Of a DNA stretch of 39,850 nucleotides, positions 8,601 to 16,400 are shown piece after piece (positions within the stretch are counted from its first letter, which is position 1; every line of letters begins with the position of its first letter). The position numbers and the translations under genes are program-made. The notes under the pieces were generated by a model. It did no database searches and had not been told where the DNA came from. It worked only from the letters and a program-made list of their open reading frames with translations. This DNA comes from a virus (taxonomy: Duplodnaviria; Caudoviricetes), in IMG/VR virus record IMGVR_UViG_3300040960_002351, positions 1-39,850 of that record, one strand, 5' to 3'.

Positions 8601-11600
8601 ATCAACATAGGCACCACCACCAGAGATGTAAGAAGACGGCGGAGAGTCCGCAGAACCGTATCCGTAGGGATCGGTAGCAGTGATGTTGCTACCCTTGTTG
8701 AAGACGGTTACACGCTGGACATAAGGCGATCTGGCGGTAATAGCGATGCCAGGAGCATAACGGAACGCCCAACCTTGGTTACCAGCGGTATCGAAGTACT
8801 GACCAGCAACGGTGACATCTTCGACAACCGTTCTGTCGTTCATTAAGAATGCGTCCTTTTGCCTTGTGGCAATCGTAGGCATAATCTTGGTAGCACGGAG
8901 ACCCGCACCCTTGACCGTTACACCAGCAGGGATAAGCAGTGGGAAGGTTTCCTCATAAACACCAGCATCAATTTGCAGAATCTCATTGACGCCAACCCCT
9001 GTCATTGCTGCCAGGGCATACTTAATCGTTCTGTATGGTCTCTCGGGGGTTCTACCGCGAGAGGCATCACCATCGTCAACACCATTCAGAGAGACATACC
9101 ATGTGTCAGTTCTGGCGTTAATGGTAGCAATACCAATCTGAGCAGGTTCACGCCAGGTGATCGTGCCACCAGGGTCTGTGCTGAGGATATGTTGGGTATT
9201 GAGTCCAACAACGCCTGTAGAGTCATACAGAGAGGTTACATAACCAACATTAATGTAGGATGTATCACCAACAAGATAATCTGCGTCAATAGTGACGATC
9301 GTTGCTGCAGTACCAACAATATCAGTGATGATACCAGCAGTAATCTTAGCGTTGAGGATATCACCCTCTGTTACATCGATTGTAGTGATCGTGGCAGCAG
9401 TGCCAACAATATCTGTAACAGCGAGTCCAGTGATATTAACATCGCGGGCATCTAAGGTCTCAATATCGACCGTTGTGATGGTAGCGTATGTACCAACCTG
9501 AGATGTGATGATACCAGCAGTAATTCTGGCGTCAAGAGCATCTAATGTAGCAACATTATCAATCGTACCAAGATTATTATCAATCGTGGTGATTGTTGCA
9601 GCAGTGCCGACGATATCAGTAACTGCTAAACCAGTAATATTGACATTACGAGCATCGAGTGTCTCAGTGTCAAATACCGTGATGGTAGCGTAAGTACCAA
9701 CGATACTTGTTACAACACCAGCAGTGATCTTAGCATTTACAATGTCACCTTCGGTGGCATCGATTGTGGTGATTGTAGCGGCAGTACCGACGATATCTGT
9801 AACTGCCAGACCAGTGATGTTTACATCGCGGGCATCGAGAGTCTCGATATCAACAGTTGTGATTGTGGCATAGGTGCCAACCTGAGATGTGATAATGCCT
9901 GCGGTGATCTTGGCATTGACAATATCACCTTCGGTTACATCAATGGTTGTAATAGTAGCGGCAGTGCCAACAATGTCAGTTACTGCTAAACCAGTGATAT
10001 TAACATCACGAGCATCTAAGGTCTCAATGTCAACTGTAGTGATAGTTGCATAGGTGCCTACCAGACTGGTGATAATACCAGCAGTGATTTTGGCATCAAG
10101 GATATCAGCAGCATCGAGGTGTGCAGTACCGTCGATGTAAATATCTCTCCACTCACGATCGGTAGTACCGAGATCGAGAGAATCATCAACATTGGGAATA
10201 TACTTGAGGTTGACTTCCCATGCTTCTCTTGGGAAGTCATACAGGAAGGTCTTATCAGTCGTTCCCTTAAGAATGATACCACCATCGTTAGCCGAAGCGT
10301 TAGATGCAGGAACACCAGAGGTAATACCAATCTCAATGTTCTTGTCAGTTACTTGCAGAACCTGACTCTGAACAAAAGTGGTATTACCGTTAACCGTCAG
10401 ATCGCCAACAACGGTAAGAGCACCACCAACACGAACATCATTTTGGAAGTTAGCATCTCTGATCGTTGCATATGTGCCTGTCAGAGAGGTGATAATACCT
10501 GTTGTGATCTTGGCATCAAGAGCATCAAGATTCTCAAAGTCTGCTGTGTTATAGGTTACGCCATAACCAGACAAGGAAGTAACAACACCAGCAACAACCT
10601 TGATTGTATTGATATCACCTTCGTTAGAGTCGAAGGTTGTGATGGTTGCGTATGTACCTACAAGAGAGGTTACAAGTCCAGTAGAGATCTTGACATCTCT
10701 GAGGTCAGCAGTCTCGGTATCAAATACAGTAATTGTGGCATATGTGCCAACTTGAGATGTAATGATACCAGCGGTGATCTTCGCTGCTTCGATATCTGCA
10801 TTTACGAAATCTACATTCGTAATAGTTGCAGCAGTACCGACGGTATCCGTGATGATACCAGACTGAATCTTAGCGTAAGTGATCGCAAAGTCAGTTGCTA
10901 AACCAGCAGTGACTTTGATGTCCTCAACACCAATATCATTGGCATCGATTTGAGGAACAGATGTTACGCCAGCGATTACTGTGTTACCAGTGCCCTTATC
11001 AACAATTACTACACCACCGACATCGAGCAACCCAAAGGGTCGTGTGGTGCCGATACCGACATAACCAAGTTGGTTACCGTCGATCCAATTGATATTCTCG
11101 TTACCGATTACAAGTTGATTGTCGCTATCTCCGATAGCAACATTTCTTTGATAACCGATAATAACATTGCCACTGCCATAAGTTTCGTTACCAGCAGAAT
11201 AACCAATGGCAATGTTCTTGCTACCGTCTACTCTGTAAAGAGTGTAAGGACCGATAGCAATGTTTCTTTGCTGTTGTCTGGACCCCGTACCACCACTCAG
11301 GAAGGTTCCGTTCTTGCTTGTTACAGAACCTGTGAGGGTCTGGAATCCGAAAGGCATGGTGAATGTATCACCAACCTCATAACCATCACCAGGAGAGATG
11401 ATTTCAATATTTGTGACAAGACCAGTGGAACCAGTCTGAAGTCTAACTAACAGACCCTGACCAGATCCACTGGTTTCTGTTACATCTTCAGTCTGATCAT
11501 AATCTGCAACAGCAGTTTGGTCACCAACATTAATGCTCAGACTTACCGCATCAACAACGGGGAAAGTCTCACCGTACATTGCCTGGTTGCCCAGAGCAAT

Positions 11601-12527
11601 GTTCTCGTCGTTACCACTAGAAGATAAGGCAAAACCTACCTTATCACCGATCATCAGGTTCTTAGTACCTTGCAGTCTAAATCCTGCAAAGTTACCAATA
11701 GCAATATTAGATTCTAATTCATCAAAGCTGGAAAGAATACCAGCATATTGCATTGCACTGGCACCAATCGCAATATTGCGACGGTTAAGGACTGTTTGTC
11801 CCATGCCAGCAGCGGCATAGTCACCAATAAAGATGGATCCGTCTGCACTGCTAAGACCTACAGCAGTGTCACGACCAATCTTGATAATGTCATTGGCAAA
11901 GGTTACTTGGTTACTGAAAGAACCAACACCTGTTACCTCTAGATTGTTAGCAGTAAGAGCATGTCCTACATTTACTTCATAGTAGTCAGCACTTGTGCCA
12001 CTCAATGTGGTCACAACACCTGTTACTGCAAACAGGTCTTCAATAATACCATTAGTAAATGTAAAGTTTGTTGCCTCTAATGTAGCAGCAGTTGCAACAC
12101 CAGTGATATTCCAATTTCTAGCATTTGCCTCGTCATAAACGAGGTCACCAGTTACATTGAGGTTACCACCGACAGAAAAGTCACCAGCAACTGTACCAAC
12201 ACCTGCGACATAAAAGTCGTCTACGACAGTCCACTTGGAAACTCTTGCTTGAGTATCAAGAACGACAACTTTAGATGCTTCGGGTGTACCGAAGGAGGCG
12301 GGATTTTCTGGGAAAAGACTGGTGTAATACTCACCACCAATCGGAATAGGTGATGCAGTAGGACCAGATGGATTACCAATGTATAACTTCTTGTATGACT
12401 TACCAGCACCTACATCGCTGGTATCGTAAGTGTAAACAAGTTCACCAAAGGATACGCCAGTACCTACAGGAGCAATGTTCGGCGGAGAAGTGCCAAGCGT
12501 TCTTTTGAGGAGGATCGTTGCGGACAT
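5682..12527 (-). CDS. Large mosaic fibre / adhesin-like structural protein (YadA-like NIAIG repeats, pentapeptide-periodic shaft repeats, pectin-lyase-like region, LamG/ConA-like domain)
   Basis: 2281 aa, G/T/V/I/D-rich; N-terminal ILLKR...P....GELVY; about eight N(I/L/V)x(I/L)G-type repeats; 30/60-aa repeats; WYVS.NG.D...P.RTIK.AL...GVYEE; DFTVEFFV...WYHVAL.R...LFVDG...GYIDEVRV. Sits just upstream of gp13. Confidence 0.85.
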   Translation of the reverse strand: MSATILLKRTLGTSPPNIAPVGTGVSFGELVYTYDTSDVGAGKSYKKLYIGNPSGPTASPIPIGGEYYTSLFPENPASFGTPEASKVVVLDTQARVSKWTVVDDFYVAGVGTVAGDFSVGGNLNVTGDLVYDEANARNWNITGVATAATLEATNFTFTNGIIEDLFAVTGVVTTLSGTSADYYEVNVGHALTANNLEVTGVGSFSNQVTFANDIIKIGRDTAVGLSSADGSIFIGDYAAAGMGQTVLNRRNIAIGASAMQYAGILSSFDELESNIAIGNFAGFRLQGTKNLMIGDKVGFALSSSGNDENIALGNQAMYGETFPVVDAVSLSINVGDQTAVADYDQTEDVTETSGSGQGLLVRLQTGSTGLVTNIEIISPGDGYEVGDTFTMPFGFQTLTGSVTSKNGTFLSGGTGSRQQQRNIAIGPYTLYRVDGSKNIAIGYSAGNETYGSGNVIIGYQRNVAIGDSDNQLVIGNENINWIDGNQLGYVGIGTTRPFGLLDVGGVVIVDKGTGNTVIAGVTSVPQIDANDIGVEDIKVTAGLATDFAITYAKIQSGIITDTVGTAATITNVDFVNADIEAAKITAGIITSQVGTYATITVFDTETADLRDVKISTGLVTSLVGTYATITTFDSNEGDINTIKVVAGVVTSLSGYGVTYNTADFENLDALDAKITTGIITSLTGTYATIRDANFQNDVRVGGALTVVGDLTVNGNTTFVQSQVLQVTDKNIEIGITSGVPASNASANDGGIILKGTTDKTFLYDFPREAWEVNLKYIPNVDDSLDLGTTDREWRDIYIDGTAHLDAADILDAKITAGIITSLVGTYATITTVDIETLDARDVNITGLAVTDIVGTAATITTIDVTEGDIVNAKITAGIITSQVGTYATITTVDIETLDARDVNITGLAVTDIVGTAATITTIDATEGDIVNAKITAGVVTSIVGTYATITVFDTETLDARNVNITGLAVTDIVGTAATITTIDNNLGTIDNVATLDALDARITAGIITSQVGTYATITTVDIETLDARDVNITGLAVTDIVGTAATITTIDVTEGDILNAKITAGIITDIVGTAATIVTIDADYLVGDTSYINVGYVTSLYDSTGVVGLNTQHILSTDPGGTITWREPAQIGIATINARTDTWYVSLNGVDDGDASRGRTPERPYRTIKYALAAMTGVGVNEILQIDAGVYEETFPLLIPAGVTVKGAGLRATKIMPTIATRQKDAFLMNDRTVVEDVTVAGQYFDTAGNQGWAFRYAPGIAITARSPYVQRVTVFNKGSNITATDPYGYGSADSPPSSYISGGGAYVDGSELAPGSLEAGFLFNECTFIVPGGKGLEMTNGARIEYLNCFTYFASEAVKGVSGSVGLSSAGETRLRMTGITTLGVGDTITYYDTDGVTGLATAVVADYDGTYIDVTGKQTGFEVLIARSAKAITFNDNAQLSTTVKKFGTASLALDGTNDSISVPSSGDLGFGTNTDFTVEFFVNSYQSGLSSATLIDFRDNGTDAEGISLAFRAAGEVDMRVGTTTAIEGSGAGIATGTWYHVALARQGTNTRLFVDGTQIGTKASDTTDYGASKGLVIGADFDGTSNSLVGYIDEVRVEYGVAKYTAGFTAPTAELLGDKDTSLLLHFNGSAGIQTTTDDVIRYQDVRITQAGGGIGTATKVILADYSKFGADMRSVGCAVEYGQKGVIADGDGVTLRLFALNFNHVGAGGDFSNDPNLAIQANEVTEVNNGDVSFVSIDHKGDFRVGDAFYVDQESGTVAFSQQVTSLQALSSLQITDGVDSSTITPTSGTFGNIQISGNNIESTTGDINIDPAGAGSINITGDVNVLGILTATVIQLDAFQKGDTSIALDDSGSDGTIRFNTDGVEGMRLDPGQLLGIATASPRARLDVLGSTLLEDLKITGVATFTSNLTVGAGLTVTGDSEFEANLAVEDLKAVTGVVTSLVGTYSTITTVDIETLDARDVNITGLAVTDTVGTAATITTIDTEALDAFDAKITGVAVTNAVFTGITSFKDGVKANFGNDNDLQIYHDGNNSYIDDAGTGTLAIRSNQVELQKYTGETLANFTADGKVQLNYDNGRRFETTAIGASVSGELQTGKLDVASDTVIGLGLTVVGIATFNTDVYIAGNLNIIGDVVYDEVNGRNLFISGVTTTNNLKVTGVSTIANITIGAGSSSTKINTLSGELVLDSAAGQVTVQDDLSVIGYGTFRDGIYYRSDQGGITGLGYSGPNGVAYFENDGRLVSGLSTVGFLTTSNYILTTDENNIPIWSDSIDGGTF
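9290..10095 (-). repeat. In-frame tandem 180-nt (60-aa, two 30-aa halves) repeats, about 4.5 copies
   Basis: Unit ITAGIITSQVGTYATITTVDIETLDARDVNITGLAVTDIVGTAATITTIDVTEGDIVNAK; lines 10021/9841/9661 and 9961/9781/9601 align at exact 180-nt offsets. Degenerate copies at about 10460-10880 and 6500-6720. Confidence 0.92.
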
Positions 12528-12739
12528 TAGAAGACACCTCCGTCAATGATAGCGGCTGGGAAATTTTTAGTTGTGATGAAGGTGTTTGTCGCCGCTTCAT
12601 AAACCAAAATAACACCGTCCTCCAAGTTTGTCGCGTCTACATCCGCGAGTAGAGTTAATCTACCACCAGAACCTCCACCGAGGGCACCACTGGCAATAAC
12701 TTTGACTTGATTTGATGTGCCGATTCGTAATGATGGCAT
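12527..12739 (-). CDS. Small fibre-associated protein
   Basis: 70 aa; L..LADVD......G..LVY motif typical of fibre modules; ends IDGGVF; TAATG overlaps on both sides. Confidence 0.75.
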   Translation of the reverse strand: MPSLRIGTSNQVKVIASGALGGGSGGRLTLLADVDATNLEDGVILVYEAATNTFITTKNFPAAIIDGGVF

Positions 12740-13077
12740 TACCTTGTGACTCCTGCTCTGACTAGGACCATTCCTTCAACGACCTTGTACTTATAGCCAC
12801 CAGCGTCTTCGAGGTTCACATCATATACATAACGCCCTGGTTTTAAATCAACGGTTTCAGTAGAACCCAGAGAGATCTGAATCTGACCGTTTTCGGGATC
12901 GGTAACGGTAGATGCAAAGGAGACGGCAGTACTACTACCTGCCCACTTTCTCATCTGAGAAGTTGCTGTGTAGTTGTTTAAGTTTAAAAAACTTCCTGTG
13001 TCGTTGTCCCCTAAACTGAAACCGTGTTGAAAATCAACCCCAGTGTCAATTTGAAGATTAGCAATGTAAACTGCCAT
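12739..13077 (-). CDS. Small Ig-like structural / fibre adaptor protein (BppU-N-like)
   Basis: 112 aa; NLQID.G.DF...F, LNL..YT..SQMRK, G.I.ISL...ET..LKPGRYVYDV, KVVEG...V..GVT, a pattern recalled from cyanophage genes preceding fibres. Confidence 0.75.
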   Translation of the reverse strand: MAVYIANLQIDTGVDFQHGFSLGDNDTGSFLNLNNYTATSQMRKWAGSSTAVSFASTVTDPENGQIQISLGSTETVDLKPGRYVYDVNLEDAGGYKYKVVEGMVLVRAGVTR

Positions 13078-13100
13078 TCTTTACATCACGGATTATCCTA

Positions 13101-13265
13101 TTAGGTATTTAGTTTCCTTAATTCCTGTAATACCTGCTGCATAGTCAATTTGATTTCTAGAACATCTGCTTTGAGCAAATCTAGTTCAGTGCGTGGGATA
13201 TCGCCACTATCCTCTGGAACAAATCCATGATATTTTAAAAATTCAGAATGGGGATTTCTACTCAT
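13101..13265 (-). CDS. 54-aa coiled-coil protein (below the ORF-track cutoff)
   Basis: MSRNPHSEFLKYHGFVPEDSGDIPRTELDLLKADVLEIKLTMQQVLQELRKLNT; ATGA overlap with the upstream stop; fills the gap almost exactly. Confidence 0.75.
   Translation of the reverse strand: MSRNPHSEFLKYHGFVPEDSGDIPRTELDLLKADVLEIKLTMQQVLQELRKLNT
13106..13113 (-). promoter_or_regulatory. Late promoter-like box (ACTAAATA) for the fibre cassette
   Basis: TAAATA core about 29 nt upstream of ATG 13077, inside the last codons of the 54-aa ORF. Confidence 0.6.
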
Positions 13266-13465
13266 AGTTTATCAATAATTTTACTTAACATATTCTTAAT
13301 CTCATCGATGTCTTTTTTCATAGACTCGATTTCTTCCTTCTCAGATTTTTTAGCATCTCTTTGTCTTATGTATGCCTGATAATTGGAGTCATCGCCATTG
13401 ACGATGGCTCCAGTTTCAGAATCTCTCCACAGATAAGAGTGCCCTTCAACGGGAATCAAACTCAT
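13262..13465 (-). CDS. Conserved small coiled-coil protein following the VrlC-like gene
   Basis: 67 aa; VEGH..L.RD..TGAIVN then a heptad-patterned C-terminus; ATGA overlap with the VrlC-like stop. Confidence 0.85.
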   Translation of the reverse strand: MSLIPVEGHSYLWRDSETGAIVNGDDSNYQAYIRQRDAKKSEKEEIESMKKDIDEIKNMLSKIIDKL

Positions 13466-16400
13466 GCTACAGCGATAACTCTAAGGTTCTTGACTACAGG
13501 ATACTTCGCTTGATTAGTTCCGCTGAATACCAGTTTGACTTGGAATCCATTAAAACTAGGAAGATCATCTATAGAGTATGTATACTCTCTGTATTGAGTT
13601 TCGTCTGCAGGAACAAAAGCATCGGATCTACCATCATTTTGTGTAGGATCAATTACTTGATCACCGATACCATCTCCGTCTGTATCTATGAGGTTAAGAT
13701 ATCCAGGGAATAATTCAAAGTCAGGAGTTACTTCGCTAGAATCCGTCTTAAGGATACTGTATAGAGCTCTAATGTCACATTCCACAGGTCTGCGAGCTTC
13801 AAAGATAAGCTTGAGTGAAGTTGCAGGGTTCTTAACATAAATCGGATTCGACATGTAGTAAGAAGCATGTGGATCACTGAATCTGCTATTGACTCTAGAA
13901 TCTGTTCTGTAGTCTTCGATTGGATTATTCAGTCTGTTTTCATACAGCAGAGTTGCGGCAGATTCCATGTTCACAACAGGAGAATTGTATTCATCTCCAT
14001 TATTGTCTAGTGCAATAGTGTATGCAAAAGATTTGTTTCTGGGGAGAGATCCAAGTTTAGCAGTCTCATTTGCACGAGATGCGATAATTCTTGTTGACTC
14101 AAATTGATTGATTCTGTTGAAGTCAATATTAGAAAGTCCAGCATCAACATAAGCAGACTCGGAACCATTCGGAGATGTGCCTGTAATAGTTCTCAACTGC
14201 AGGGAAATGAAGTCTCCAGGTCCGAATGTAGTAGCATCAAACAACGGTCTTGCAGCGTCAAACTGAAGGTTCTTAGAAGCATGGACATTCTTACCACCAC
14301 CAGAAGCTTCTTCTCTGAAAGAAACTTGCGGAATGGAATTTGCAGAATCATCACTTCCTCTGCTAGATCCTCTGTCAATTTGGACATAGTATTCATCAAT
14401 TCCTCTCAGAACAGTGGAGACATCGTGCTCAGTATTGATTCTTCTGAGGGATACTCCAGAATATTCATACTTGGAGACGATATCGTTTTGGAGGTGGTTA
14501 AGAGCCTTAGTTCCATCAACCCCTCTTACAACACCACCAAGACTGGAAACACCAACAGTTGTATATGAAATAATTTCACTGTTGATGAACGCATATCCAG
14601 TGTTTGCTGCACTGACAGCAGCACCTTCGAAGGTAGCGAATTGAGAGGTAGACGCTACAGAAATTGTTGTTTCATTCGAGGCGAGGTTGACGGACAGTTC
14701 AGTCGGAACCACATCGGATTGAACATCTTGGATGATAACTCTATTGGAGGAGCTATGCATACCATGATTTCTATTGTCTACTTTGAAGTATTCTCCAGTA
14801 TAAACAGATCCAGTAGCATCATAGGTGATAATATCCAGTCCAGTATCAATTGTTGAACCACTATCATGGTAGTACAGTAGATCATTAGTTGCAGTGTCAA
14901 ACAGTTCTGCTTGGACATTTGTCAAATAAAGAGTGTCAATTCCACCGAGAGAGTTGATACCAACACGAACTCCAGATCCAGAGTTTCCAACATCAGCAGT
15001 AACCAGACCAACAACATCACCTACTTTATATCCGCTACCAGAAGATGCAATCGATACTCCTGTGATAGCAGAAATACCAGAACCAACGGTGACATTGAAA
15101 GTAAGTCCTTCGCCATTACCGACGATATTGTAAGTGCTTACTGGGTTGGTAGGAGTTCCATAATTCTTACCCCCAGTCAGAATGCCAGGAGTTCCAAGAA
15201 CAGGACCACCTTTATCATCAATATATCCATAACGGTATGTCTCAGTGCTTTCGCCAATTTTTCTACCCTGAGCAAATACTGTTCCAATCAAACCAGCATT
15301 AGATGTGGTTGTGATACCGATCTTTGCTTTTTTGGGCAGAGATGTAATCGGATCGAAGTTAAGAGGGGGCAGTAGTCCGTTATTAGGTTCAATGGGAGGA
15401 TTGTAGAATGTGAGGAGACCGATATCGGAGGTGAATTTAGCTCTATAAAGTTTGAATGTGAGGTCTTCAAACTGAGAAGGAGTCCAGGTCTCTCCATTTT
15501 GAGACTTGAAGAGAGAACCCATTGCAAACTGCTGAGAGTAGATCTTACCTTGAGCAGAAGGGAGCAACTGAGTATTGAGTGCTTTTTGACCCATCTCTCC
15601 ACAGAATACCTCATACTCATCGCTATCGGAAAGAAGAACGATTGCGTAAGCAGTATTGGGATCTAAGTAGAAAGGTGTTCTGAATCTTACTCGTGTGGGG
15701 ACAGTTCCATTTTGAGATGTTGTAATGTCAGAAGGTCTGAGAACTGCAATAGCGTTTCTATCAATTACTGACAATGTGGGTGTGCCAAGTTCAACGGTTC
15801 TAATTTGAACAGTTACTGGGGTGGTTCCCGTATTCTTCTTAGCAAAGAAAACATCAAGAGAAGTAATCCACGCACCTTCTGGTCCTGTTACGATTGTTTG
15901 GGCAAGAGGATCTCTTCTTCTTACCTGAACAGGGCGATTTCTGTTAACAACAACAGTTCTTGTTCTATCAATAACTGTGGTGTTATTGATGATAACTGGC
16001 GGCGGCGGAGGAGGCGGAGGAGGAATCGTACCTCTAATATCAATTGTAGAAAGATTAGTAACAGTCGTTGTTTCGAGAGTTGTAATTCTAATATCCGTTT
16101 GAATTACTCTTGTAGTGCCAGTCGCAAGATATCTACCAACTGCGGTAGAGATTAAGGTACTTCCTGGTAATGGATTTTCATTTGTAGCACTAGAAGTAAG
16201 TTTGAAGTCTCTGCTACCAGATCTAATTCTAACTTGAGGTGTTGGTGTTTGGTTAGGATCTCTAATATAAACAGATCCAATCAGATCACCAAAGTCGTCA
16301 GACACCAGTCTGATCCGAGCAACAGTTGCTTGAGCACCACTTGTCAGACCTCTCAAAACCATCCCAGGGAGAACAAGTCCAAAGAAGGCTCCTTGTGCTT

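Noticed and set aside
9290-10095. Fibre repeats as a CRISPR array or DGR template/variable repeat
   Set aside because: In-frame coding repeats with no spacers; differences are synonymous rather than adenine-specific; no reverse transcriptase or cas gene in the window.
5862-11942. Many 60-260 aa plus-strand ORFs opposite the fibre gene
   Set aside because: They mirror the repeats and codon bias of the real gene and have no independent coding features.
15805-16155. Plus-strand ORF with a poly-Arg run
   Set aside because: The run is simply the reverse complement of the poly-Pro codons.
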